This document shows, piece by piece, positions 36,754 to 51,065 of a DNA stretch of 64,000 bases. A program made the position numbers and the translations under genes. Each line of letters begins with the position of its first letter. Positions within the stretch are counted from its first letter, which is position 1. The notes beneath the pieces were generated by a model. The model was not told the DNA's origin. It was given only the letters and a program-made list of their open reading frames with translations, and searched no databases. Origin of the DNA: Marsupella aquatica (taxonomy: Eukaryota; Plantae; Marchantiophyta); the NCBI GenBank assembly GCA_973895155.1, contig OZ316894.1, positions 25,480,709 through 25,544,708 on the forward strand, written 5' to 3'.

Positions 36754-39700
36754 TTTGTTGTCGGGAGGCAAACCAACCTGCATGCTTGACACGTGAAGAT
36801 ATAATTCGACTGTCCTCGTCATCTCGAGGTACATAAAAGACCTGGAATTCCGCAAGCTTCTTCGCAGAACTACGACTAGCGGTCAACTCTGGCTCGGCAC
36901 ACTACATGTTCAACAAGTCTAAATTGCAATTGGGGTCGCGGCAGGGTTTGATCTATCCCTAAATCATAACCGAACACCGAACAAGAACCTGCTCAAACTA
37001 GTTCTACACTCAAGAAGCCTGAATGATCTGACGATCTCTTCCGAGTTCACAAACAAGAGATCTGCACGCGCGTTCGAAGGTTCATCTTTCTAGTATATCA
37101 TCACAGTGTACGTGTAGAAGAGCCAGGCGTCCCTTACCTCCAGCGTCCTTGTGAAGACGGAGCCAGCTCATCAAGTCGTCGAGAAAGTCACTGCAACTCT
37201 GCAGCTTCTCTCGTCAATCGAAGCTGCTCCTGCTTCTTCATTGGAGGTTCGCTGGGACTTTATTTCGCAAGAGCACTCTCTCTCCACTGCTGTCGTTACT
37301 CCACCACCCTAGAGAGACGCCACTCGTACGGTGAACTAAACATTTAAAAGCTTTTTCTTTTAGCAGCTTGAACGAAAGCAGATCCAGATCAGTGAGGTGA
37401 AAGCCTGAGTAGCAACTTCGGCGCGAGCACATCTAACCACAACTTGTTCCAAAGATACATCTCGTCACCACCCAGAGCATTCCCGATGGTTTCCATACAG
37501 CACCACGGGTAGTGTACGAAGAAGACATCCTGAACTGCAGAGCTTGATGGGGAACAATCGACAGAAAGCCTGGGAAAAAGTTGCCTTGTGGAACGCGAAG
37601 CCCTGTTCCCAACCCTGCCTGTGTCATGAACCAAACTTAGTCGTTCATGTCTAGATTCTCCCACAACGTGGTGGTAGCCGATCTACCCCTAGCCTCAACT
37701 CATTCAGATCCGATCGCCAGACCATGTGACGAGAGCCGATTCGACCATGGGCCGACACAGTGGACGATCTTCGTGATATCTAACTTCGACAAAAAAGACA
37801 GGAGTGCCCGACAAAAATTTCTTTATAGAAACGGAACAGCTTAAAACGCTTACTCCGGCCCCAGGAGGTGCAGTAGCAAATCCCAAGGGAACTGCCGTCA
37901 CTAATCAAAAGGCCGGATTCAATCTCACTATCGCACCAAACCAATTACAGCAGTGATCCACCAGACCCTATATTCTCTCGCGTCCTTCTGGAATTGAAAG
38001 ACCAGACTTCTAGATGGCCACTTGACAACTCGTGCAACGGCTGAGCCGTGACATCAAAAAGGCCCAACGAGAGCAGGCTGCAGCGTGCGGAGCTCAGCTC
38101 ATATGCGCATCCTCCTGCGTACGCTAAACCGCCTGCTTCTCATACCCTATCTTCTCCCTTCCCTTTGTCGTCACTTCTCTTCTCTAGTCACCCAGATAAT
38201 AATCTCAGCTGTGATCCCCTGACTAATCACCTATCCGTTCGTTTAGCTGCAACTACCCTGCATCTGGCTGGCCCGTTCGCTCGTCATGGACTCCTTCGCT
38301 CATTTTCTCCGCTAAATCCAAACACAACCGAAACTGATGAAAGCGAAGATTGCTCATTTAAAGGACCTCTGTCGATAGAAAAAGCACCTGACAAAGAGCG
38401 ACAACAACAGCCGCAGCCCTCCCACCATTGATGGCCGCACAACCACACACCGCAGGAGAACAACAGAATGATCCTTCCTCCAGAACTCCAGAAGTGTGTA
38501 GAACTCTGTGTCGCATTGTCTGGCCGAGTGACAACACGGCTGCTCCGTCCCAATGCTCTCCGATCCCGCACATCAAATACTCTGCTCGACGGCCGCCGTC
38601 TACTAGCCCGGACGGACTTGGACGGACCCTCAACAGTTAACGGTCCTACCTTGGGAATGGAGGCCTGGGCTCGGTCCCTTCGCGACAAAATCCGAACAGT
38701 TCAGAGTCGTAAAAGTTTGTGGGTGCTGACCACTTTTTATTTTTAAAAATCGACTCTGGACATAGATTTGTCGAGATCAAGTTCAGCATTATTAATCAGT
38801 ATAAATCACTTGAATAAAGGAGTAAAAGTTTGGATCAAGTGTGGAAATCATTGACATTCTAGATCTAGACAACAAGTAAAATTCAACAAGTAAAATTCAA
38901 TATCAGAATTTATTGGGCCATTGCTTGACTTATAACATGAAAATAGACACCATAGTTTATGAGCTCTAAGTGATTGTAAAGCCAACTACAGTACAATTGT
39001 TTTGATTCAACCATCACATTTCCTCACAAAGAAAATAAAAAGAAACCAAGCCCCCTAGGTCTTGTAAACCCACTGACTCAGCGCCAGAAAGGAACTCCGG
39101 GAAAGGACCCACTTAATTAACCAAAGCCTCCTCGCCAGCCACAAAGTACTAACCTGAGCAGGAATCGAACCCGGCCAAGCCCATGCGGCCAAAGGACGGT
39201 ACTGTAAAGCGAAAAAGAGCATTGCGTGCGCTTTTCTGGAAGCCGAACTCCATTGGCCCCGGTGGGCCAAACACCGATCAATTCGTGTGTCCCGTCTGGC
39301 TCACGGTATGGGGTTGCATGCATGCATGGACGTAAGCACAAGAACTGCCAGTCCAGCTCAGCACCGTACAGAGCTTTTACTTCCGCCAAAAAATTGACCA
39401 CAGCACCCGGGCCTTTCCATCCTACTCAAGGGACTTTCGCGGATCCCCATTGGCTAATTGTCGACAAAAAGCGCGGCTAAAAAGGACCCGAACTCACATC
39501 CAGACCTGACCTCGGCCACTGCGGATTGGCTGTAGACCAAAAGAAAGACCTCAACGACTGTACACGAGTAAGAAAGTGCCCACTCAAATGGGACTTGTCT
39601 ACTACTAGGAGTAGCGTCATTCCTTACTAGAAGCCCACATGTAACCTGCTTTCAGTAAACCTTCCGTTCGACCGTTCGAGACAAAGCAGGCCACCCGACT

Positions 39701-41419
39701 TCGATGAACCACCTTATCCATATTTTCCAACTTTACTTGCTAGCTTAATGCTCGCCAGACAGGATCTTAACTATGGTCAAGAAGATTGCCACGTGCCTTG
39801 AAAAGCAAGAGAACGATCTGGTGGGCCAGGAATCCAAAGAACCTCGATCTGAGCCCTCCGCCCGTGAGGTGGGCGATTAAGATTCTACCTTTTAATGAAA
39901 CTTTTCCAATCTTGAAATGGATAGAAAATTGTAAGAGCATTTCAACCCACATGGGTGATATGTGGAACGGAGTTCCATGGCATGGGCTCCTCGTTACTTT
40001 CTTACCTCTTGCGTGAAAGGTATTTCTACACTAGGCTTTCTGCCTTTCTTAGTCAAAGAAGTTAATTAAGAATGGACTTGTAAGGCCCCTACACTGTTTA
40101 TCTTAATTAGTATCATAACTTACTTTGGTGTTCCAACTATGTGTAAAAGATATGTTACTTCAAGGAATATTTAGGAAAACTTTACTTGTTTTGGTGTTGA
40201 TACGCTATTAATGTCAAACAGGGTGTTAATTAGAACTCCCCCTCTATGGGCTAAAAGTGAATACTTGCTATGAATTAAGTTGGACAATTGATGCACGCAC
40301 TGAAGTTAAAGAGAGATGTAGCAGAGGGGCAAATGGAGCACAGGGCTGGTTGTGGATGGCAGGTAAAATATGGTAATTGGTCGTGCACCCTAGCTACTCA
40401 ATTAAAAGCACATTTTTTTCTTGAAAGCAAGCTCTAAGGGCAAGAAGAATAAAACATAGTCGAAAGTAGTTGTGGTTTTGTCACAAATGATAACTATCCA
40501 TCTGGGATTTATTACATTGTCACTCTTTTTTGGCATAATGCATATTTTGCCAATGAATTTTATCTATTTATCACAGTATTTACCATCATTTTTTTGCAAG
40601 TTACAAAAATTAACTTGGATTAGCTTCTTCACATTCAATGGGTGTCACACAATTATGCAAGAAATTGGCCCCAGTCTCCCTCAAGGTGGCAGAGGCAGTG
40701 TCTGTGCCCAATGAAAGGCTAGCCTTGGATCTGCGCGGGATGGGAGGATGCAACTGGACTGACTCGACACTTGGTCAACTGACCCAAGGGTGGTCAAAGT
40801 CTCCACAAGGGAGATCCAGTATGTCCCATTGTAAAATTGGGTACAATAATAACCATTGGATGTGAATGAGTTAACCTGAGTAAATTTTTAGAACTCAAAA
40901 AAAGAGAGGCATTCTGATAAATAGAAAACATTGAGCCGCAAGATACATACCATGCAAACAAAGAGGGAATCTAGAAAATCCAAGGATTGTACATTTGTTT
41001 TGAGTAACCACCTACAACGATAACCTGATAGTGCTTCTAGATATAATGCGGTCAAGATTTAACCATATGAGTAAACAACCAACTATGGCATGTGTTACTT
41101 GATCAATCGCTGTATGATAGACAGACAACCCCTTTGTGGGAAGGTGGTGCACTGGACCTATCCCTTTCTCTCATTTTATATCTCAGCATTCTTTGCCTTG
41201 CCTGCCTTGAAAAATGATGAGTTCTTAGCCATTCAAGAGATTTTTTGGTAGTTCTCTAATGTCAAATCCTCCACTTTGATGAATCACGGACAGATTTATT
41301 TATTTTGCTTTGAATGGAGCTAAGTCAAGCAATTTTGTAGATGGGGGCGGACTCAACAACATTGGCACTTAAGACTACATTGTGCTCATTCTTGCATATC
41401 ACATTTAAAAAGTTGAAGC

Positions 41420-41665
41420 TGTGAGGAATTTACTCTTAGGTCTAGAGTTATAATTGATACCATAATTAGACTAACCTTGGTCACTGATTTGGTTAGGTTA
41501 GTCATGTTGCACACTATATACCCAAACAATGTTTGTTTAGATATGAGGAACTCAGGCTCATTTTTACAAAGCCAGTTGAGAGATAGGGAGAGCTTGTGTT
41601 GCAAAGACTCCATGTGTCCGACGAACCTAGAGTGCAGTAAAGTTCTTGTGTGTTCCCATGAATGT
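41420..41665 (+). mobile_element. 3'-truncated copy of the copia-type LTR family
   Basis: TGTGAGGAATTTACTCTTAGGTCTAGAGTT...GGTTAGGTTAGTCATGTTG...CTAGAGTGCAGTAAAG aligns with 59813-60050. Confidence 0.8.
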
Positions 41666-42606
41666 AAACGGTTGCCCAAACAGGGTGCATGGCATGGCAA
41701 AGGAAATGCGGCAAGCAGAATGGGGAGGAAAAAATCCTGTTTGCTTGCATCATAAAACCACTGTACACAATACCCCACCCCCCCTAGGTGGCTATTTACA
41801 AACCTACAGTTTTGACCACATCAGCATGATTTTTCACAAAGAGAAATCCTAAGTTATGCAAAAAGAACCAAATTTGACTATACATGTTTGATGCAAGGCA
41901 AAGAAAAACAGTTAGGCCCTATAACCATAACAACAATGAAAATATGAAAAGTAATAGTTCAAGTAAACAAAGAAAAGAGTAAAACAAGGGTGAAAGAAAA
42001 TAATCTTCCTATGAGCCATGCTTGAAATATCTGTTTTTTGGTAATCTGTTTCAATTTTCTATTTAATTTACACATTTTTGAAATAATGACAAGTATAAAG
42101 ACACTCCTCAGCTACTCTAAAATTTACCAGGTAACATAAGAAACCCAATAAACTTTTAAACTTCACTAACATTTACCAAGGTAATTTAAGAAACACTTTG
42201 ACTACTATGAATAGAGGAGGAACAAAGATAACAAATACCATAACTACCATGGGTAGAGGAATACCAATGAACTCTAGGACCTTTCAACTAAGATGGACAA
42301 AATAACATTTTATATGAACTCTATGGAATGTTATAATATATATCTTTTATATATACATAGGAGTACTAAGGGAAACATTTTGCATGGAGAGTTATCCTGG
42401 GTATTACCATGAATGTACTTCTATTTGTCTTCAACTAGATTGTGCTAACTTCTTTTAAATTTCATTTCAATTGGAATCTTTGATTTAATCTTTGTACTCT
42501 CATCCATCTATTCCAATGTGCAACTATTCATGTCTCCAAATAATTCAATAAAATTAATTAGAGGACCACTTGGTCATGTAAACTTGTAAATATAAAGTAC
42601 TTCTCT

Positions 42607-42716
42607 AGTGATCAAGGCAATTGGTCTTGGTAACACCAATAGGGACTACCAATTGCCTCGGTCAGCAATTGGTCTTGGTAACACCAATAGGGACTTACCA
42701 ATTGCGTTGATCACTA
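42607..42716. repeat. Hairpin with an internally duplicated core
   Basis: Outer arms TAGTGATCAAGGCAATTGGT / ACCAATTGCGTTGATCACTA enclose two copies of GCAATTGGTCTTGGTAACACCAATAGGGACT(T)ACCAATTGC. Confidence 0.8.
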
Positions 42717-45062
42717 ATTAAGACTTTAGTGTGTCTTGCAAATCACATTAGTGTGCTCAGAAACAATTCTTTACATATAGAGCATTTTCATTACACCTAC
42801 GGCCCAAATATAATTAACCTACCGTAGTCCTCTAGATCCCAAATGGGGTGCCAAGGCAAGGGGCGGGAGGGTAACTCCACAGATTTCAACAAAGTACTGG
42901 ACTATGGTATAAGGCGGGTTACTGAAAATCATGCCGACAATGGGTCGGGGTGGGCCAGGAAGATCTTCTGACAGTACACTCCTCCTCCTGACACTACAAT
43001 ACTCTATTAAATTACAAAGCGGTTTGCAAGGTCGAGATGGCGGGCCCAGGTGCGGGAGTTCGCACTTCGCAGAAGCCGGCTCGGGGAAGGGAGGCAATTC
43101 TTGAAGAGTACGTACCTGTGGGCACGTGTACCCTCCCAATCAGCACCCAAGAAGAAGGTCATGAAGCCAGATCACTGCAGTCATGGCCAATCAGATGTCC
43201 CCGATGAGAATCTTTATTGATAGCCAAGCAACTTCCAAAGAAAAGACCACCTCAAAATCCACTGGTGTTATCTTCATTTTGGGAACCTAAAATACTGTAT
43301 TGAAAAGAAACTCGATGCCAACTTCGGCGGTCTGCAATAAGTTGGGACCTTTATCACCTTTCCGTTTTACCTTCCTACAATCCTACTGGAATACTGGATT
43401 CTGAATACCAACAAAGATGGTCGATTCACGTGTCTAATAAATACCAATAAATATGGTCAATACACGTGTTTAGTCGGTAAATATCGTGCCACTCTACTCT
43501 ACCCGGAAAGGGTTCGTAACAAGTCCTTTGCTGCGGAGCATTGGCTGTGTCGCCTGATAGACAGACGAGTCATTGCACTTTTCGCTTTTCAACATTTTTT
43601 TAAAAGCAACCTCAGCTCTCTGAGTACGACAGGGTGCACTTTTCAAAAGTTTCTATGGATAATAATTTGTTGGGTTCTGCATTGAAAGATTATTAACATT
43701 ATTTTGGGGTAATCTAAACCTTTCCCATAATAACTGTGCCTTCTATACAGTGTAGGGAGAAAGTTATGCCTAGATGAGTTTGTTTTCTCATGGACTGTGA
43801 CACTTTCATTTTACACAAAAAGTTTAGTGTTCGTTTATCTTTGGAAGAATGACATTTGGGAAATAATTTTGAGGAATAATACTGGACTAGGTTTTCCAGG
43901 TGTACCAACCAAAACTGTTGGGATAGCGACTGTGTTTGTTTTTATAACAACTTTTAGTTTTAACTTTACGTTCAAACTCAATTTTTTATAACATGTTCTA
44001 TGATGCCTTATTTGACAAAGTTTCATATTTGTTTACATCATTTCTCAGTTGAGCATGAATAAAAATATGGTCAAAAAATATAAATTAATTGTATATGGAC
44101 ATTTCACTTTTGCAACGGATGCCCTGCATACTTGGGCAGGAGCACCAACTTACCATGTTGGGGAAGGACTTTCACTTCTATGAAGGACTCCCTGAGTAGG
44201 TTGTTACTGCAACGTCACTTATCACTGCATAGACTAATGGAAACCAACTGGGAATAGTAAGGAGCTCTTTGACAAGTCAGTATTTTCAACCAAAAATGTT
44301 TGATATTTTGATATTTTGAGACAATTTATCTCAGCTTTGGAAATACATGGGAGTGGTTAACCTACACTTCTATCGAAGTGACAGTGAATATTTTGCCATT
44401 TTGGTTCAGTTATTGATCATGGAAGGGGAGAGATAAATTCTTATTAGATTAATTTTGACTCTGTTGATAGGACATATTATGGCTTGTGTTTTTATACTTT
44501 TCCTCCTGATCTAGTTTCCTTTGGGGTGAAAAACTGAAAATCATCTTAAGACTCCTAATCATAAAATTGGAAGCCCCAAAACTCCCATGGAGCATCAAGA
44601 TGTGGTCCATGGGAACACTATGTCCAACATGGAGGTCTATCCCCGCTCCATTTTCTTGGAGATCATCACCACCATCTTACGACTTTTCAACCCCAGTATA
44701 CGTCGATAAAAAGTAGGTTGAGAAAACCTTTTTGTCTAGAAAATTTAAAGGCACCTGCAAAAGTTTGGAAACGAATAAAAGTAAGTTTTCACTGTTGAGA
44801 AGTTACCACAAAGGTACCACAATAGTAGAATGCAATGCTGACACTTCTTTCTATGCTGTGTGTACAGACTTTCCCAACTGAGAATCGTTGGGTTCACACG
44901 GACACCAATTTTAGAGTTACCCACAACAGAGTCTTGGGAAATTGTGAACCGATCCAAAGAGCGAGAACAAACCCACGTACGTCCGCATATTATAAGGTGG
45001 TTTCAATTTATACATGACATCAGCTTGATATATACTGTACTTTAGGAAAAAGTGCGCTGTGA

Positions 45063-45316
45063 TGCACTTTCCCAATCGACCGTAGATTCCAGTCATGGAC
45101 AGATCCGACAACCGTGACGATCTCTCTTCAGGGTCTTATTGGGTTTGGGTTTGACGACAAGGTTCTGAATTACAGAGCGTCGTATGTGCACTTTCCCAGT
45201 CAACCGTAGATTCCAATCGTCGGCAGATCTGCATCCGTCAATCTTGATGATCTTTCAGGTGGTTTTTATTGGTTCTGGTGCTGAAGACAAGGGTTCTGAT
45301 TTAGAGAGCATCGTAT
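45063..45316 (+). repeat. ~125-bp diverged tandem duplication
   Basis: TGCACTTTCCCA.TC.ACCGTAGATTCCA...GACAAGG.TTCTGA.TTA.AGAGC.TCGTAT occurs twice. Confidence 0.8.
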
Positions 45317-48094
45317 TTTTGATTGTGTAAAAATGCGCTTCAAATAGTTTGAGGAACGAACGCACGTTCAAAAAAGCATTCAGGCCGATCCAATCTTTGT
45401 AGATTTACCATCATTGGTTTTTCCGGGTTCTTCTGTTATATATCAGGAGCTTACCTTTGAAGGAAATACAACAGCGAGGACATCACGAGTGTTTTTCCCC
45501 GGCCAAATTTTCGTTCAACAATTTCCATATAGTTCTTTTTGGGGGCTGGGGGCAATCTTTTTCAAACTCTAATCATTTGTAAATTTTGATGGAAGATTCT
45601 TCCATTTGTAAATTTTTCTGTCAAAGAATTTGTCACCTTCAGGAGTCACATAGAATCTTTTCAACAAGATCTAATAGCCAAAATTTGATGGTACAAGACC
45701 TACTGGTTTATATTTATAATACCTACAGTGATTGTACATTTAAGTACTTCGATAAACCAGAGAATTATCCGTTCTCTCGACTGGGTTAAAACCTTACAAA
45801 ACACCTGGGCTGAAACAGATTAAAAATCATTGTGATGCTTGATCAAAATAAACGGTTTAGTACTGCACTAGATATCTTGACCATAGTGGGCTCATATGTT
45901 TGCTGCTAATGTGGGCTTTACCAAGTGGAGGAATTGCCTAACTTTCCCCCTGAATGAGTGTTTTATGAGTGAGAAGATGCTACTCAATACCTTATTGTCT
46001 TTTGGCATTCTTGTTTATTGTGGAAACCAAGAAGAAGATGAGACAAATCTTGAGTTTTGCCCTAATATTACTGCTACTCCAGGCCACTGGGTATGGAGGA
46101 TCTACTAAGGTGCAAGCAAGGTTTCAATGCATTGCTTGAGGACTATTTACAGATGTTACTAGGAGTGGGTTGAAGATTAGGTATTGCCTTCAAAGGAGGA
46201 CAATAGCCCAAGTTTTGAGGGGCTTTATTCTCACAATGCTAGCAAGCAGTACGTTAAGATCCAAAAAGAACTTGAGTGAGTTTTTTTGTGAAAGACAAGA
46301 AAAAGTAAACCTACGAAATAGATTAAAAGACCATGGAGCAATTAGTTTGTGCAATTGGTCTAAAGCATGAAAAGAGTTAGAGTTTAAAGTTTCTCTACAT
46401 ACATATAAGAAGTGGTTGGAGGGATATAGTATTTTTCATTCTAGATATAATATTTAATTTAATTTTCTACAATAAGACTTTTTTTGCTTTTACGTTGTCC
46501 TGAATTTAAGGTATTTACCATAATCCCCTTCTCAACAGAAGGGAGGTCTGTTGGATGCCTAGGAATATACAAAGAGAAAACTCACAAAAGTTTTTAGGAG
46601 AAGTAATTAATTATCAAACTGAGATAATAATTCTTGGTATCTCCTCTGTCACACAAGGTAACATGTGCCTCCCACCCAAAAACCTTTAAAAGCACCCTGC
46701 AATCCTGCATGTTGGTTCCCCCCTCCGCTGGCCCACCAAACAAAGGACGACAAACAAAACGACAACACGATTATGAACAACAACAACGATGCAGCAGTCC
46801 TGTAATTCTCCAAATGCGGGGAAATTCTCATAATAAAAAGTGCGTATGGGCCTTTCGCTTTGTCCAAAAAGCCCTCCGGCGTCCTGAAAAAGCAAAAGGA
46901 AACCAAGCAAGATCCCCAAAAGTACAGATCCACATGTCAGAATCCGCTGTTTTAAACCCATACGCGGCATTCATGCATTGTTTGCCACAATTCCGTACAG
47001 AGATGGTTATTGGATGGATGCTGGATCGGTGGATGCATGATTGTGCAATGCAATCATGTGGACCCGAGTGACGGACGACGAGGGTTGGCTTGGCGTCCAC
47101 TCCTCCGTGGTAATAATTATGATTCTACCAATCGGCACTGGTCTACGATGCATCCGAGATTGCACAGAACACACAGTCACACACCACACAATTATGGTCA
47201 TGATCCATGCCTTGCTCTCCGGATCCGGCAATCGAATCTGACAGCATTCTTCTTACCTTGGCAATCTTTACTTTACTGAGCGTTTTCTCTTCTGTTTGCT
47301 CGGAGTGACCGGATACTGACTATCAACGTATCACCGTCAACTCTGGAGGCACCACCGTCGGTGCCCCTCGAATGATCCCAGTTGCGATTATAGCCGAGTA
47401 CGCATAGATAGACACAAGCTTTGCCCACTAGCTTCAGAGTCTATTGTTAGTGGGGAATTTTCGTTAGATTTCACTTCTCTAACAAGTCTTAGCCACAACA
47501 TTAGCTACTTTTTCTATGTCCCATTTAACAGTTTCCCACCTAGTCACGGGCCCCATAAGCCACAATATAACAATCATTCTTAAATCTAAGAAAACCTAAC
47601 TTGTCAGACAATAATTTGGAAATTTCAGATAAAGAGTATTGCTAACATCTTCTCCTTCACACACTTTACATTGGCCAATAAGGAAAAGCCTTAAAGATTA
47701 CACAGATGCCTATTTGACATACCCTACCACCCACTGCCACTCAGCGACCAGTTGAACAAAATAGCACTTGCTGGGACAGACAATCCATGTCTGCCCTTGC
47801 CTATTTGGTTGAGTAGTTCACTCATTCACTATTGGCTAGTCAGATATCACCGTTCCTTTTTTGTCCTCCTTGGTGCTATCCCCATGTTCGGCTTCTGGTA
47901 TTCCCAAGTCCGGCCCACTGTTTGACACTTTATTGGGATGTAATGTTTATCATTTTGACTGGAAAAAGAAGACGACTGGAAAAAGAAGAAGAACCTTTCC
48001 ACAATGACTTTGTGACTGGTTGGGATGGAGATCCCATTTAAGCTACCAGTCGATCGCACCAAAAGTTGCTAAGGCTCGCACCAAAAGTTGCTAA

Positions 48095-48478
48095 GGGCCG
48101 TTTTGCATGTACATCGGCCCTCAAGAATGAGGCCTTTCACAAAGCAAAACTTACACAGAATCAGGGATTTGGTTTAACAACTCGATCCTCCCCTGTGTTA
48201 CGTGTTGGATGTGCTGAGGGGCTCGTGTCCGCCTCTGTTGTTATGTGCCGCTTAGTTTACCGGGAGCAATAGAGGGGATTGAGGCTGCCATTGTCGTATG
48301 TGCAGATCAAAGGTCGGGACTGTGAAGGGCTGCAAGGTTTGTGTGCCTTGCCCTTCCAAGTCCTAGTTTAGTGCCATCAAGACTGCCTCGTTCAGGGGGC
48401 AGTTTTGTTCACTCAGGGGCTGCCACCGTTTGTCTGAAAGGCCGTTTTTTGAAGGACCGTCTACATGCAAGACGGCCC
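48095..48478. mobile_element. PIF/Harbinger (Tourist-like) MITE, 384 bp
   Basis: TIRs GGGCCGTTTTGCATGTA / TACATGCAAGACGGCCC, extending imperfectly for about 50 bp. TAA TSD at 48092-94 and 48479-81. The empty site GTTGCTAAGGCTC lies in the adjacent 22-bp duplicate. Confidence 0.9.
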
Positions 48479-51065
48479 TAAGGCTCCATGAGTTGCAATG
48501 TACTGAATAGGGGTTCTCAACCCCAAGATTTTACGGCTCTTAACTTATATAGTAGTCAAGGTTGGGGACAGAAAAGTTTGCGGACCACCAAGCTCATGAT
48601 CCTTAATTCCATTTTTTTGCATAAAGATTAGTCAGATGGCATACGTTACTATGGAAGCAAGTGAGTAGAAAATAAATTTACACTACCTTGTGAAAGTCAT
48701 CATCCTTAACTATGAAGCTTTGAGGGTCCCTATTGCAATTATGCGAAGGAACTTAGATGACAGGGTTTGTGCATTCAACTTCAGGTGTCATCCATCTAAA
48801 CTCGGATCAGATATCAACATGTGCATTGTATGAAATTCAATGTTTTTTACTCTAGTCATTTTAGTAAAATTACATATTACTTTACATAGATCCTATGCAA
48901 GCTGAGGAATCTATTTAGAGAAGAATGTTTGGGGGTGAAGATCCCATCCAAGCCAAGAATTCTATTCAAAGTATAATGTTTGCGGTGAAGATACGATCAA
49001 AGCTTCTACTGTAGCTTGCAGGAATCCAGAAGGATATTAGCTTCTGCTCACACTTTACGTGATTGGACCCTTACTGCAGAATTGTTACATATCGTCAGGG
49101 GATTTGCCTTCCAATTATAGTAAATCTCAACTCTAAGAGTATCCTAAATTGTAATCAGATCACAACAACTCAAAACAAATAACATATTCTATAAGTCATA
49201 AAGTGTTTTTCACACTACCAAAGGACAGAAGTGTCCAACCAGGAGACACGCCAGAAACCCAAAAAGGGACAACCCTATGAACAAAAACCTACAGTAAAGG
49301 CCTACATATCTGTAAACTGACGACCCTCGTCGAATCATAAAGTGAAATTAGCAAAACTGTAAGAGTAATAAAGAGATAGAAGTATAGAACTTTGTGGCCA
49401 GAATTCAAAGACCACAACAACCATGGAGTTAGCAAGCGGTCATAAACTCGCTGCCGTATAGTTTCAGACTTTCAGATGGCGATGGTGACGAGCTTTTGTC
49501 GACCGAATTTCTGATCGCATCAGACCTAGTACGCTACCGACCAGACATCGGGCGACAACTGTACGAGAGAGAGCGTTTGGGTGACGCTGTCAGTTAGCAG
49601 TGATAGAGCTGAGCCGCTGCAGGCGCTGCTCCTGCAGTGGGAAGAGACATTCTTCCGTGATGTGAGAGTTTTTCTCCGCCGAGGATTCTCGCATGAAGGA
49701 GGAGGTACATACCACACCATAATAATAGCAGCAAAGTGGGCTACGTGGAAAGCTATCGAACACAGAAGAGGCAATCCCTTTGAAGCCACGTGAATGCGCA
49801 GACCCTCACGTGAACGATTCTTTGACTCCCTATCCATGTGAATGATGCATCTGGAGGGGTAGTTTGAGTCTGGGAGTAGCAGAAGTTAGTACCTGGGTTC
49901 GCACTCGGCAATACCGCCAATACGGTACCTGAAGATGCATAGTAGTGTAAACATAAATGCCGAGTTAGATTCTAGGGAAAAGGTTAGGATCTATTGATAT
50001 CTAAAGAGAACTATTCATCTGTCTTTCTGCATCAGCGGAGTTCAGTACTCCCTTTCACTCATGTCTGCCTTTCCTGTTTTGAGTTTCATTCATTCCTCGG
50101 TGCCTCCTCGTTATGCTGTCCAGTCGGCTGAGTGGTTCAACTTAGTACTAGACATGGGGATGCTTGGGAGTCATTTCTTATTAATCAATGTACGTATATA
50201 CACCGTACTTGGCAAGCCTGTCCTTCCCATATCCATGCCAAGCCGAGCGTTACAGTTGACTTACATCATGGGCTGAACTGGGGTGTCCTTGCCCAGGCGT
50301 GAGGTTGTCCAACGGACACAAGGGTTCAGAGCAGAGCAACTTCTGTGTAGATCAAAAGCACAGATATGGACATGTCCAGGAGAATGGGCAAATACCATGC
50401 GGGTTGCGAATTTTCGCACATTTGTTGTCAGCTGTTGACAGCACACAGCTTGGCTGGAGAAACCCAGCCCCGGAGAGATCATTCTACAGGACTGTGCTTT
50501 GTAACGGCAGGTTCTTCACCTCATCTCCTTTCTGACAGACGCTACGGCAAAAAACGCCACGACGAGATACAGGTGAAGAACCCCGGAGAGATCGAGCAAA
50601 GAGAGTAATTCAGGTTCAAACTCAAACGCGCTGAACAACTTACTGACCACCAAACCAACCAACCAGCTGCGGACTATAGCAGTGGAAGACGGGAATGATG
50701 ATAAGACCGCAACTCTCAGTTGGATTGTACCAAACGACTGGCTGCCTCCCTCCATTTGACCGTGGAATGGTAGGGGTTTTAGTTGAGTATACAGGTCGCC
50801 TCAATTTTGTGAACTTCCAAAGTTTTACACGACGTCATTGTATCCCGGCGTCTGGAGATATCGTTTCCGACCAAGATGACTATCACCCACCGATGCCTAG
50901 GAAGCACACTTTCAACCAAGTTCTCATCTAACACAGCATCAGCACAAACCGGAAAATTACTGAATGTCATCGTTATTGACGATAAGCATAGTACATTTTC
51001 CGTTAAGCATGAACGAAAAGTTTTTGGACATAAGGAGAAGTTTAGTATTCATATCTTTTCCACTC

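Noticed and set aside
39140-39215. tRNA or tRNA-derived SINE (minus-strand GGGTTCGATTCC B-box-like motif)
   Set aside because: No cloverleaf, acceptor stem or convincing A-box could be built.
46940-47240. miRNA precursor
   Set aside because: Only short 7-8-bp stems, and no match to conserved plant miRNA sequences that I could recognise.
49420-50760. Additional protein-coding gene downstream of the pseudogene
   Set aside because: Some minus-strand splice-like signals exist, but no coherent reading frame or recognisable domain; possibly old 3' UTR.
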